NCBI GenBank assembly: GCA_044892525.1
Contig: CM097885.1
Location: 2,792,001-2,856,000 of the forward strand
DNA from: Schmidtea polychroa
Taxonomy: Eukaryota
Direction of reading: 5' to 3'
DNA length: 64,000 nucleotides
Shown here: positions 1-15,311 of the stretch, one piece after another
How positions within the stretch are numbered: the stretch's first letter is position 1
Layout: each line of letters begins with the position of its first letter
The notes under the pieces: model-generated
The model's database searches: none
The model's input: the letters and a program-made list of their open reading frames with translations, nothing else
What the model was told of the DNA's origin: nothing
Made by a program: the position numbers and the translations under genes

Positions 1-1261
1 TCATCCTCTCTGGTTTCATCTTCTCTACTGAGGAGTTCCATAAATCCATGAGTTTATTTTTTTCTATTATTTTTAAATATTGATTAACCAAATCTTGTTT
101 ACGATTTATAGATTCAAAGTCTCCATAGACAACTCCTAATGTTTGTAATAAATTTGAAAAGTTTTTAAAATACATCCTGGGATCTGTAGGCATTCTAATT
201 AAAGCTGGTTCATCTTTTTCACAAAATCTTGTATGTTTAATCATAGAGTTTTTAGTTGTTGAATAATGAAGACATCTTTTACATGTTCCTCCTCCACTAG
301 TTGGATTCTCTGGTGATGTAAAAGCTTGAAAGTCTTTTATTAAAACATAATGTTGATTATTTTGTTGTTCCAAGATTAAAAGATATATCTCCCTCGTGCT
401 ATCACTATCAGAAATATAAATTGGAATTGACCAGATGAAACATTTGTTATCATTATTCTGTATGTTTATAACATTTTTAGATTTAAAGGGTGTACGAATA
501 TAAGATTTAGGATTGGGTGGTAATCCTCTCCAATAATCAATCACTAAAGTTTGGAAAGAGTTGAATACTAAGTTTGAATCTCCTAATTCATTTTCTACTT
601 CCTCTTGTTTTGCTTCTGCTGCTTTAATTATTTCTTTGATGGTTTTATCAAATCCTTTAGTTGAAAATAAATATTTAAAAGGTATTCCAATTTCAACATC
701 TAAAGGAGTTGTCTTTTCTTCTGGTCCTCTCCAATATTTTGCTTTGATTGTAATTTTATATTTTATAACATTATACCTTGTTGGTTTATAATTTTTTAAA
801 GCTTCAGTGAAAGAATTTTTAATATTTTTTTTATTTCTCCTTATATATTCTCCAGGGGTTGCAGGTCCATTAATTTTTAATTGAAATTCATCTATATGAT
901 TAAAATCATCCCAGTTGTATTTTTCTCTTTCAACATGATCAGGTTCTCCTTCTGAATGACATTCTTCAACGTCAGAATTTTGTTTTTTATTTTTACATTC
1001 TTTTAAATGTCTTAAATAATAGAAATTTAGTTTTGTTGAAAAGTTACAATGAGGACATGTAAATATTTCTCTATTTTTCCCGATACAATTTTCAAAATGT
1101 TTATTATATCCAGAATGTAGAAATCTTCCTTTACATTTAGTACAAACTTTTGAATTTGTGTCATTAAGATTATTTTCTTTTAGTAAGTGAGCTTTCGATT
1201 TATAGTGAGAAATTAATCCTGTTTTATTTTTAAAAACTTTATTGCAAATATTACAATTCAT
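1..1261 (-). CDS. N-terminal part of a Polinton/Maverick protein-primed DNA polymerase B (runs off the window edge)
   Basis: Frame starting at ATG 1261, absent from the ORF track; the stretches translated by hand are open. It has N-terminal Zn fingers (CNIC..H..H, CPHC..H..C), then INIQNNDNKCFIWSI, HYVLIKDF, CKRCL..H...C and exonuclease-I-like VVYGDFES, typical of the Polinton pPolB N-terminus. Confidence 0.8.
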   Translation of the reverse strand, partial: MNCNICNKVFKNKTGLISHYKSKAHLLKENNLNDTNSKVCTKCKGRFLHSGYNKHFENCIGKNREIFTCPHCNFSTKLNFYYLRHLKECKNKKQNSDVEECHSEGEPDHVEREKYNWDDFNHIDEFQLKINGPATPGEYIRRNKKNIKNSFTEALKNYKPTRYNVIKYKITIKAKYWRGPEEKTTPLDVEIGIPFKYLFSTKGFDKTIKEIIKAAEAKQEEVENELGDSNLVFNSFQTLVIDYWRGLPPNPKSYIRTPFKSKNVINIQNNDNKCFIWSIPIYISDSDSTREIYLLILEQQNNQHYVLIKDFQAFTSPENPTSGGGTCKRCLHYSTTKNSMIKHTRFCEKDEPALIRMPTDPRMYFKNFSNLLQTLGVVYGDFESINRKQDLVNQYLKIIEKNKLMDLWNSSVEKMKPERM

Positions 1262-1399
1262 TTTTAAAAAAAAATTTTTTACTGGATACGTTGTTTTTAA
1301 ATTTTAAATTTTTATATATTTATTTTTATTTTTATTTTTTTTATTTTTTTATTTTTATTTTTATTTTTTTTTTATTTTTTTTTTATTTATATTCTAGCA

Positions 1400-1549
1400 G
1401 CTTGCCAAGCTATCGACCTGCCAAGCTGTCGACTTACCAAGCTGTCGACTTGCCAAGACCGCAGCGATTGCATCATCGACTTGACAAACTATCGACTTGA
1501 TAAACTGGCGACTTGATAAACTGGCGACTTGATAAACTGGCGACCTGCA
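1400..1549. repeat. Degenerate 16-bp tandem repeat (TTGATAAACTGGCGAC / TTGCCAAGCTGTCGAC)
   Basis: Directly visible units upstream of the pPolB start. Confidence 0.8.
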
Positions 1550-1857
1550 AGTAGTGTGTATCTATCCCTAACGACCGCAAGCCGACAAACGTTTTTCATA
1601 GTTTTATCAGTATTTTTTTTCCCTGTTTTATTAACATTTTGTGTTGTTTTTTTAATATTTTTGTTGTTTTTTAAGTTTTTATTTTGAAAGCAAAATGTCT
1701 TCGGAATAAAGAAATTAAAAGATATAGGTTTTTAAGGTTTTAAGTGTTTTTTTTTACGTTTATGGGGGAAAAATAGGTATAAAACGGGAAAAAAATAGGT
1801 ATAAAACATGAAAACAGTTGGGAGGCTTGTGGTCGTTAGGGATAGATACACACTACT
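1550..1857. mobile_element. 308-bp miniature element with 34-bp TIRs starting AGTAGT (Polinton-like ends)
   Basis: AGTAGTGTGTATCTATCCCTAACGACCGCAAGCC at 1550 and its reverse complement (1 mismatch) ending at 1857; no TSD seen. Confidence 0.7.
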
Positions 1858-2622
1858 AAAATTGTTGGTTAATTAGAGGGGAAAAGGAACTATTTGTATG
1901 CTCTGATGGAATTACCCAAGTAACCTTCATGATTTGTGAATCATCTCCCTAATGTATGCCTGTTGTGATGTAACACGTTGCTTCTGCGCACATAGGTCGG
2001 AATCTACCAGCAGTTGAGCTCCCATGGTAGAACTGTTCCTGGTAAAGTTCACGGTTCAGATTCTAGAGTGCCGTAGAAGGTCTTACCTCGTCTTATTTAC
2101 ACAAACCGACATCCTGGTCCAAGGGACGTCTTTCTATGATTAAACCTCTCGATTACATAACTGTCCATGAATTCCAAACACAAAATTAAAACCACGAAGT
2201 TGACCATATCAAATTCAACACTAATAAATTTTATTGCACAACGTGAAAACACATGGTAATTACAAATGAGTTCTACACCGAATGTCAAAGGACATGATAC
2301 AATTTCACACATCATTCGGGATACGGGTCATTTGAGCAGGTTAAAACATTTCGCTCTCAGCTAACATGGCGTCTATGTCCACCTGTAGTCTTGCATCTTC
2401 TCGTAGGTGGGATATCTCGGTGGAGACTCTCCGGAAAATCCTCTTTCAGGATGGGCATATCGATCTTGGGAACTTGCTCTTTAGAAGATTGAACAGCGAA
2501 CAGGGACGCTTCTAGAGCAGCAATAGGGTTCGCTTTTGATTCTTCGCGCCCCGACACGAGCGTTTCCGTTTGTTAGCGATTGAGGCGAGATACTTATTAT
2601 CAGGAAGAGGTATGGACGCAGT

Positions 2623-2656
<34 letters not shown>

Positions 2657-2657
<1 letters not shown>

Positions 2658-5600
2658 AAATTTTATTTTATGTAAATCAAACTGGCTCAAGGCCGAAGGA
2701 GAGAACGGTTCTCACCCTTAAATAAACTGAAATTTTTATGTTTGTTCTCTTTGGATGCTGGAGTTAGGAACTCTGGCATCAAACGTGGTTTTTTGGCTTG
2801 GTTTAGTATCGGTTGGGGGAGGCTTTTGGTCCAATCAGCTTATGCTTCCTGTCTAATAAGATTAAAATTTCGGAGTAGGAAGACTCCATTTGTGATTTTT
2901 ATTAGAAGGGGATAGAGTTATTAGTTGAGGCAAATAGCAACGCATTAGTAATTAAATATTAAAAGTAAAAATATTAAAAGTAAAAATATTAAAAGTAAAA
3001 CCTCTAATTAGTTAATATTAATATAATAGTAAAATATTTGAGCTATATAAATACAACTACACCTATATACATATATATATATATACATATATTAGTCATT
3101 GTTATAGGTACTTTCAATCCCTGCAGGAGACATATGAGAATCTGAACAACTACGTATTTATCTTATTACGTTTATAATAACCATAGTGTACAAATAAATA
3201 TGGGTATGCATTGATATTATATACTATAAATATATATATATATTATTCCTTAAGGGTGTGTTCTCTAAAGATATGATAGCTGCTTACTACCGCAGCTGTA
3301 CAAGCGTTTCTTGCCAGGCTTTTTATTTCAGTTTTGGAGAGACCTATTTTACTGAGAACTTGGTCATTTTTGTTGTACCAAGAGCCTAGAGTACCTATTA
3401 TCAAAGTAGACAATGTAGTCTTTACTTTATGAGTTTTTTCTATTTCGATTGCCAAATTGGCATATTTTCCGTAATTATCTGCATCCGCTTTTTTAAAATT
3501 TTCCCTTTGCTCGTAAGGTACTTTGATATCTACAATGTGGGTAATTTTATTTCTCGATGATCTGATGAGTAGGTCAGGTATTAAGGTAGTTTCAATTCCC
3601 TGTGGCTTGCGTTCGATGTCCATTTTGAATCCATAGTTAAGAAGAGATTGACATACCGCTTCTAGTACACGTGTATGCTTATTTCTTCTTGCATTTATTT
3701 TTGCAGGGCAGTGATTGAATACATGCGCCTGTGTCTCTGGGTGGGAATTGCATTGCCTACATAGAGTATTTTTTTTAGCCTTTAATCTATGTGGTGCATA
3801 GTTTAGTTTAAGGAGATTGTTCCTTGCTCTTAGAAGGAATAGGTATTGAGCATCGGTTAGAGTGTCAGTTTTAACCAGGTAGTCAGCCACGCTACTATTG
3901 CATATGGATTTAGCAATATGCCCTTGACATTTGAGATTGATCCATTTTTCTGCATGGGTTAAGCCTATTATTGAGTGGAGTTCTGATGATGTGTTGTTGA
4001 GATTTGTGGAGAAGAAATAATTGATCCTTTCTTTGTATTTTATTTCCAGCTGGTATATGTCATCTAGTAAGACAATTTTGACATAAATTCCATATTTTAA
4101 TCTTAAGAGGTCGACGGATTTCCTGAATTTAGAAAAGAATGATTTATAACCAAAGTTTTTTGTGGTATCACCATTGATCCATGATAAGGCAGCCTCTATA
4201 TTGCCATTACCCCGTGATAATGCAAGTTCCATTAGTACTAGATTTTGGAAGCCTATATCAGAAGAATTTAGTGCCCGAGCAAGGTGTACAATACTTTGTA
4301 TGAGATATTCATCAATGGCTGAGGTTAGTCCAATACCTCCCATTTTCACCGATGCGTATATGAAATGATTGTTAATTTGGAGTAGTTTATCTCCTAGAGA
4401 TGTTTTGATGAGCTTACGAATCTTCTGCTCAAAACCTTTTTGGGGCTCCCTATTTTTGATGATTATGTCCTTATGAGAATCAAGGACACCATGAAGGATC
4501 TCACAATTACGAAAAGGAAAAATAAGACGAGAATGGATGAAGATTTTAAAGGCATTTATTTTCTGTGATGGATGGAGGTGGGATTCGAGAATCTTTCTAG
4601 TATCCTCAACGGCAGTTTCAAGTCTGTCGTCTATGTTGTGTCTTTTTTTGTGGGTAAAATCAATTCCTAAGTATCTATATAGATTGGTATCATCTATTTT
4701 TGGAATGATTTCCCCATATAGCTTTATCGGAAAGAAGTTCAGCTCATGATCAATATGAAAATAACCAGATTTCGATGGTTTGAATCTGAGGTTGGCTAAC
4801 GAAGCAAGCCGGGTAGTTTCTAACAGGGCAGATTTGATAGAGGCGTAAGAGTTAGATACTAGCACAATGTCATCGGCATATGCTAGTATACCTATGTTCA
4901 TGTTATTAAAGATGAAAGGGTGACTGATGAGGATGTTTTTAAGTATGAAGTCTATGGCCAGACAAAAAAGAGTCATAGATAGGGGGCATCCCTGTTTAAC
5001 TCCCCTAACTATGGGAACCTCTGGGGATCTTTCCCCTTCACAATCAAATATAGTATTTACGCCATCATACATATTTTTGATAAGTCTAATAGATTTGGAG
5101 TCAAGGCCCATTGCAGATAGAGTGTGCCAAATTAGGTTGTGAGGCAGTGAGCCGAATGCGTCAGAAATGTCGAGCCAGACAATGTGCAGATCACTCTTGG
5201 TTCTGAAGGCGGAGTCTTTAATTAGTTGTAGGATAAGGTTATGCTCTGCACAACCGTCAGAGGCTCCTATGGCTTTCTGATTTCTAGATATAAGGTTTCC
5301 TTCCTTAATCCATCCAAGAAGTCTGTTGTTTAAGAGTGATGAAAATACTCTGTAGGCAGTATTCATTATTGAAATTGGTCTCCATGAGCTTGCATCAAAA
5401 CTTGTTTCACTTTTTCCAGGTTTTAGGATGAGTTTTGTTCTGAACGTTTTCCAGTTTGTAGGGCAGTTGGCATTACGTATGATATTGTTACATAAAGCAA
5501 GTATTAGTTGGTAGTCAGGAGAAATTTTTCTCCAATTAGCTAGGGTAATCAAATCCATTCCTGGAGCAGTATTGTCCAGTTGTTTGAAAATATATTTAAT

Positions 5601-6340
5601 TTCGTCAATATCGAATGGGGTAGACGTGTGGTTCTCAGGATAATTTGGGATATATTTAATTGTTTCAGGATGACACTTAGCTATTTCACCTGCAAAAAGC
5701 TTAAGGAGATTTGCCATAATGGGCTTTTGAAAATTAACCTCGTTGTTCAAAATTCTCGCAATCTCCTCCTTGGGGTTAAACTTGTACCTATTTCTTTTTA
5801 TCATGACTAATTCATTATTATTTTTTTGTTTTTTATGGACTACATCTGCGGGTTTTTTAATTAAATATTTTTTCTCATTGATATTAGCGTTTATTTTTTC
5901 TATTTCTCCTAGTACATTATCACAATCGGTTGCGTCTATATTAAGATCAATTATAAGACTACTGATAAATGTCCGATATTTTCTTACATCATCAGTAGGC
6001 AGTCTAGTATTACCTAATTTTGTCAATATTATCCTAATTCTTTCTATCATATTCGGAATATTGGGAGAAGTTAATTTTTTATTTAAAATTAAACATTCAG
6101 TCATGTGGCACACAAAGAAGGCTGATTCATCTGGACTAATACATCGTGGATATTGGATTTGCTCTAGTTTAATTTCAACAGGCGTAATGATTTTTTGCAA
6201 GTCAAGGATAGTGGTGAGGATGTTATTACCAAGAGCGTTGTAAGAAGAGTAAGAATCATTAACTGTAGGATCTATTATAAGAGCGAGTTTACGGCGTTTG
6301 TCAAGAAAGAACAGAAACCAGTTGTGGTTTCCTTAGATAC
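2657..6340 (-). mobile_element. RLE-type LINE copy including ~580 nt 3' UTR
   Basis: ORF plus downstream region ending AATAAAATTTG before a homopolymer run at 2626-2656. Confidence 0.7.
3243..6335 (-). CDS. Non-LTR retrotransposon ORF (NeSL-like RLE clade): degenerate Ulp1-like protease, RT, CCHC knuckle, restriction-like endonuclease; 5'-truncated
   Basis: RT motifs WRPIS, WLDISDAFGS, GVKQGCPLS, LAYADD, YRYLG; CRQC..ETQAHVFNHC; RNKH; PDLL..DIK. The frame extends upstream of 6200 to NHNWFLFFLD..IIDP (Ulp1-like). Confidence 0.9.
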
Positions 6341-6595
6341 ACGATTGGGTTTAGATGATCCGGAGAGAAGTGGATCCGTCAGAGGTAGGAAATAGCATCC
6401 TTGCCTAACACAACTAGTCTTTGGCAACTGTGGTTCATTCTCTTGATAGTGCAACGGAAACAAGTTTGTTCCGTCTTTTATAGGGTATTCCCGAACCCTT
6501 CGTTGGATTTCGGCCTCGGAATATACTTTATGCAAGGCTTCCGACTGAAACTTCATTGTTCGGATCCAATTTCGCCTCGGGCTTTCTCTTGTCAC
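6275..6595 (-). pseudogene. Fragment of an unknown repeat-encoded ORF homologous to 14685-15311
   Basis: Shared QSEALHKVY...PI....N.FP.H...C.GC motif string. Confidence 0.55.
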
Positions 6596-7849
6596 TTTGA
6601 AGGATTTCTCCTTTGACGACTTACCTTAATTTAATTTAGAGGTTCTCTCACATCGCTCAGGTTTTCCATGGTCTCTGATTCTCCATTAGTTATTTAATTT
6701 TTAATAAATTTTAGTTTTTTATAATCCAGCAGTAATATGATTTGGTTAGAGTCGATGAAAGCTTTTTATTGCTTTGCTTTAGGAACTATAAGACTTCAGA
6801 TGGGAATGATTAAGAATAAATCTTTTCCGACAGATAATTTATTAAAAGGGCTTAATTGGATATTAGTTATTCGAGAAAATTTTATTTTTTATTTTGTTTA
6901 TCATATTCTTGTCATATCGGGTGTTCGGTCCTAGATGTAGATCGGCTATGGGGATAATCAATCTCTTTATATTCGTTATTTATTGACCTAAAGCTTTCCT
7001 CGGTTTCCGGGGTGAATTTACATTAATTCAATTTATTATCAACACCCATATCGAGTCAAGTAGATCTGATAAACAGCTTTGTCTATTTGATTAAATCCAT
7101 TCCTCGGGCCTTTGCAATTCTTTATGCCGTCTATTATTGCATTTACGTTAAATCTCCTATGTTATGCCAATGTTATGACAATGTTATGACAATGTTATGC
7201 CAATCAATGGTTGAATCGAGGAACAAATGTCTTATGTTGGTCGTGATGATAAAACTTCATCGAAAATCGAGATACGCTGATGGATGTTGATGCTAATTGA
7301 AATATGTATTTCTATACGGAATATCCTATAGTTGATTTCTGCAAATTTAGATGGACAATTATGATCATGGACTCGTCTCGATTTCTAAATTATAGCCGAT
7401 CTTTGAGTTAAAGAAACTCGGTAAGAAGAATTCTCAATGAACGTGTGAGGGAACTAATCTAAATGGTCGTTTCGACGATATTTTCTCTATTGGTTACTTA
7501 ATTGGTTAATCACCCACTAGTATACTGTGAGCTTACCGTGCCAATATTACCGTGCCCCTTGTATGTATTACATAATTATCGGGTAGCTGATGGTGACGTA
7601 ATCATAGGAATTATTGTGTAACCGCTGGGATTTACATAAACCATGTGATCATCATATGTAGTTTTATTTGACAATTTTTATGAACTCTTGTCGGGATTTT
7701 AGCTTTACGCTAAAACTTTGCTATTTCTGTGATGGACAGCCATCAAATATTTATTAGTCACTTTCAGTTCGACTTGGCGATGAAAAAAGAAACCAAGATC
7801 CATATAGAATACACAAAAAAATATAGAATACAAAACCGTAAATCTAATT

Positions 7850-8470
7850 AAAGATATGTATATTATACATTGTATAATGGCCCAAAAACCTTCTTTGAAT
7901 GTGAAGGAGAAAAATATTCTTCAGTACCTTTTATAAAGGGGGTTAAACAAGGTTGCTCAATATCTATGACTACTTTTTGCTTAGCAATTGATTTATACTA
8001 AATAAATCCTAGGAGATCATCCTTTTCTTTTCCATGGACATAATATCAGCATATTAGCTAAGGCAGGCGATATCGTACTAGCCTCTCTCTCTTAAATATC
8101 AATTAAAAAGCACTGACAGAAACAGTTAACCTTGCACAAAAAGTAAATTTTAATTTTAAACCATCAAAATCAGGATATTTCTCACTCAATAAAAACGAAT
8201 GCCCTACGGAACTATACAATGAAAAACTACCGATTATAAACGGCTCGAATATTTATATATATTTAGGAGTCGATTTATCTTATAAACATAGACATAATAT
8301 AGACGGAAGCCTAGAACAAGCACTCATAGACACTATAAAGATCTTCTAATCACACCTACACCCAGCACAGGAAATCTCAGCCTATAAAATCTTTATACAC
8401 TCACGTCTAATATTCACCTTGCGCAATTGTGAAATAAATCACATGATACTCGATTCAAAGAGAAAGGAAG
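7850..8470 (+). pseudogene. Degenerate RT fragment of a second NeSL-like LINE
   Basis: GVKQGCSISMTTFCLAID, NFKPSKSGYF, YIYLGVD, HLHPAQEISAYKIFIHSRLIF, with stops and frameshifts; paralogous to 3243-6200. Confidence 0.85.
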
Positions 8471-8609
8471 GAGTAATGGGTAATAATATTATTAGTAAAT
8501 CCGACACGAGACCTTTAAGAGATCCAAATTTCATGAAAGATTCAAAGCAAAAATTAATTAAAGTGATTCATTTAATGATTAAATGAATGCGTAACAGAGT
8601 TTTATAGAG

Positions 8610-9330
8610 TTTAGAAAGCACCGATTGCCCTCATCGCATCGACAGCTCTCATTTTGGTAAACTTACCCAAACTGATGTGAAAGCAATTTTGGAACATTTT
8701 ATCAGTATTGTTGTTGAGGATTTGCGCTGAAATGCCTCACAAATAGCTGGCGGAGGTGAAATGTTAAGGCATTAATCAATTTGATATAAGGTAATTTTAG
8801 TATTGCATTTAGGTGCATTTTACTGCCATTTAATACATCAATAATTTCTCCACAACTAAGGATTGGAAAAAAAACAAAAAAAACAATAATTCTCAACATA
8901 AAATTATAAAGTACTTTGATGACGGCTAATTGTATGGCATGTGCGAAACAAAGAAGCTGTTTTGTATTTATTAATCTTCCTACTTTAGTCATAACTGACG
9001 CTCCATCTGTCGTTATACAAACAATGTTTTTATTTAAAGAAAGGCCATTATCTTTTCGCTTTTCATCTACAAGTTCAACGCTTTTTTCAGCTGGTAGTGA
9101 GCCATGTATAGGAGTCAGTCCGAGGTTCCAAAATTTTTTGCATGCAGAATGAACATTTATATTTATATATCTTCTGTTTTTTATGGACTCATCAAATGTT
9201 AAGCTGAAGCTGTCACCACGAAATATTCTACAGGAAAATTCCTTTATCATCTGGCTGCGGATCTCCTTGCTGTACTCCACAACAATTTTTTTTATAGATT
9301 TACTTGATTGTGGTATATTTGTGTAAAAGT
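8610..9330 (-). pseudogene. hAT transposase relic (internally deleted)
   Basis: FSLTFDE, CITTDGASVM, CFAHAIQLAV (hAT DDE and CxxH motifs). Confidence 0.8.
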
Positions 9331-9539
9331 ATTTTTATAAGCTTTTATGATTGTATTATGGGATTAATTTGATATACCGATACCGGAATATTTTTTTTCT
9401 CGCTATTTTACTGTTCCAACCTTATTTTTATTTATTTATCCGACTCTTACACTGCATTTTCATACATCCTTACAAAAGGAAAATATGAGTTAAGAAAATG
9501 GTAATATTTCTTAATTCGAATCGGCATGATAATATAAAA

Positions 9540-11340
<1,801 letters not shown>

Positions 11341-11979
11341 ATAAACAATGCAGTAGCCCGCCGAGAGTGCTATTAACAACATTGAATGAAGGTCATAATA
11401 ATGACTAATAACGACTGATCAGCTATTCAGCTATTATGTTGTTTTAGATTTGCTACTACTTGATTCGGTTTTATCTGCCGCTTCATGGTTCCTTTGCCAC
11501 AAATATGTGTTCTCGGTCCCTGAACCCGTTAATAGAGAAAGGACGGACTGAAATTAGATTATTATTATTAATTCAATGGTCAACTGAGAAACATAATTAA
11601 ATATATATTTATTATTATGCAAATTTGTAAAGCTAGTAGATGAAATATGAAACCGAATAATAACTACTACTCACTAAAGCGTGATTTGACTCTGATGAAT
11701 TGTTTTGAGGTTTCTGTTTATCTCTACAAAGGTCTTCGAATAGCGGGTCGATAATGAAGCGTCTGAATGATACAAGGAGTAAAGGTCGATCGGGGATAAT
11801 AGGAAATGATTTTACTTGGCAGTCAGACCTCCTGGAGGTAAATCTTGCAGATTAGCGCTCTGCAGCCACATCAACAGGCTGTTGATGTCCATTTCATTGC
11901 CATCACTATTGACATATTCTGCAACGCATATTATTATCATGGCAGGTCGAGCATAACTTATGTAAAGTGAATCGAGAAA

Positions 11980-12564
<585 letters not shown>

Positions 12565-13855
12565 ATGGAAAGGGTAGAATTCACGTTTAAGTTAAATGCG
12601 ATGAATGACCACGAAAGAGGCTATTGTATTACAAGAAAGGAACTCCTGGCTATATATTATTTTTGTCGGCATTTCAATCACTATTTATATGGAAAAAGAT
12701 TTACACTACGTATAGATCATAAAGCAATAACATTTATGCTAAACACGAAGAAGCCAATTACAGCTCAATTCCAGAACTGGATAAACTATTTAAGTAGCCT
12801 TGATATAAAAATGGAATTTAGAAAGGGTACACTACATACTAACGCAGACATGTTATCGAGGAAAACGTGTGGCACATGTGTACAATGCCTTATGGAACAC
12901 AATAATCCTAAAATGGTAAGAATGAAAACCAGAATGTTAAATATAATGACTGAAGACAAAGGAGAGGAATGGCAAATGAATAGTGATGAAATAGAGGAGA
13001 TTAAAAATAAAATAAGAACGCAAACGAGTGGAAGGTTTATAGAGGATAATATTATTTATACCAAAGATAAAAGAATATGGATACCAGAGAGCAAAAGAAG
13101 AGAAATGATTAACAAAACACATCTCTTACTGTGTCATGCTGGAGTAGACAAAGTTATCAAATACATACAAAACAATTTTGATATGAGAGATCTAATAAAG
13201 GAAGTAAAAACGACAATATCAAATTGCGAATCGTGTCAAAAAGTTAAAGTTGTAACTACAAAGATGAAAGAGAAACCAAAAGTACTTGAAGCATCCGAAC
13301 CCTTCGAGAAAATATATACGGACATATGTGGCCCAACGAAAGAAACATTTAACAGGAAAGATACATTTGCGCAATAATCGACCATTACAGCAAATACATC
13401 TCGTTAACAGCTATAAATAAACAGGATGAAGAGACAATTGGGAAGATATTGTTAAACAACTGGATTCTAAAATTTGCGGCACCCAAAGAACTACATGTAG
13501 ATTGCGGGAAAACATTAGAAGCTAATGGCATAAAGAATATAAGCAAAAATGCAGGGTTCGAGATAGTGTATTCGAGTCCATATCATCATAATATGAATGG
13601 TATAATCGAAAGACAATTTCGGACAATAAGAGATTTATTGGATATTGGAAGTTGGATATTGGAGACAAAGTGTTAATCAAACGAGAAATACGAAACAAGG
13701 ATCAAGATAGATATGAAGGACCATACACGGTAACAAAACGAATACACGATCGCAGTTATATGCTGAGAGATAAAAGTGGGAAGTCTTTAATCAGGAATAT
13801 TGAAAAGATTAAAGAATTTAAAGAAGGGGGATTAAAAGTTAAAACTGGATATTGA
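12565..13855 (+). pseudogene. Ty3/Gypsy pol fragment (RNase H, integrase), frameshifted, ending at a polypurine tract
   Basis: YCITRKELLAI, F.HYLYGKRFTLRIDH, H.NADMLSR, HHCC (H..LCH..CESCQ), DICGP, SSPYHH..NG.IER, EGPY; AAGAAGGGGGA at ~13821-13831. Confidence 0.9.
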
Positions 13856-14684
13856 TAATAAACATTTAAATTGTATATATCAGATTACATAAATTTTTAT
13901 ATAAATATTTAAATTAATAAATTAAAGTAAGTTTAAAATATAAAAATAATTTAAAATATATTAAATATTAAAATAAATTAAACCAGCATTGAAATCAGCA
14001 TCAAAATTAAAATAATAAAAAAAGCCTCGAACAGATTGTTTGAATATTACAAACAAGCACAGTTTTTTGAATAAAAAAAATTTAGTAATTTTATTTGCTT
14101 AATTTATTAATTATGGAGATTGAAAATGAAATCGACGTTGTTGCGGCGAACAAACATATCGACTAAAATCCGTCAGAGACATAAATAATTTAAGTACCTC
14201 GATAAGAATAACCAATTTCACATTTTTTTGGATTAAAATTTAGGGGAATATTATCTAATGACCCGAAGTGAAAATAAATAAGGATTAATTTGATTTTTAT
14301 TCTACGCATCTTATTCTGTTATTTAATCAATTTTAATATGTATCCATTCCCACTCGGATGGCCATGATAATATTTCCCACAAACATTCGGGCGTATTTAT
14401 CAATTTTCTCGTAAAGAATTTCGACGACTATGGGGGTGATGTCATGGGGTTTTGCCTTTTAAATTTCTTTTATAGAACTATGCTAGTGCAGTAATGATCG
14501 ATCGTCTGGGGGGGTGAGTTTTTTCTTGTCGGTATAGGGTTACTTTTATGATTGCGCAAACTATATAGGTGAATCAAATGAACTATAAGGCCGCTAATGT
14601 TTATTTTTATGTACCATTGGTCTACGGATGAAGTGAATTATTGATAATTACTCTAAATTTTCTTTCCTTTTATAGCCTACGATT

Positions 14685-15311
14685 ATGAATCCAGTCACCA
14701 AAAATGTTCTCAGACCTTGTTACTCGTGCGCAGATAAGAACGTAACCATCAAGGAACTGCAGGCACAAATCGGGCTACTCAAACGCAAGATTGATGAATT
14801 GGAAGGCACATGGTTTAGCCCAGTGCAAATGAAGGAAGGGAGAAAGAAATTGTATAGAAGCGAACACTGCCAAGATAGCCTGATCGCAGAAAGTAGATCT
14901 CAGCGTATGCTCATTAAGGAACAATCTGAAGCCCTTCATAAGGTTTACTTACAAGCTGCAACAACGCGAAAGATCGTAAGCATTCCGATCAACGAAGAGG
15001 ACAATGTGTTCCCCACGCATCACGATCAGCCTCTCGACAGGTCGTGCACATCGAAGAAATCATGCCAAGGGTGTGTGGAGACGGAGCTTTCGCCCAAATC
15101 TAATGACCTAATCATCACAGGCACTAATAGAGTAAACCCAAAAATTGCTTCCCAATCTAGAGCACCCCCTACTGTCAGTCCTTCCTCCAAGCCCAAACGG
15201 TGGCAACTATCTCGGGCCGAACGAAAGCGAAAGCAGAGGGAGAGAGTTGCAGAAAGAGAAAGAAGCGTGTATCAGCTAATGCATCAACAGAAGGTAGTGT
15301 TGCTCCTATAA
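14685..15311 (+). CDS. Unknown 208-aa protein (CxxC, coiled coil, basic tail), probably repeat-encoded
   Basis: Clean ORF preceded by a polypyrimidine/AG acceptor and followed by AATAAA at 15544; homolog at 6275-6595. Confidence 0.5.
   Translation: MNPVTKNVLRPCYSCADKNVTIKELQAQIGLLKRKIDELEGTWFSPVQMKEGRKKLYRSEHCQDSLIAESRSQRMLIKEQSEALHKVYLQAATTRKIVSIPINEEDNVFPTHHDQPLDRSCTSKKSCQGCVETELSPKSNDLIITGTNRVNPKIASQSRAPPTVSPSSKPKRWQLSRAERKRKQRERVAERERSVYQLMHQQKVVLLL

Noticed and set aside
6340..7520. U2 snRNA, spliced-leader or rRNA target site, or an HDV ribozyme, at the LINE 5' flank
   Set aside because: No recognisable snRNA/rRNA sequence; the element is 5'-truncated against another repeat.
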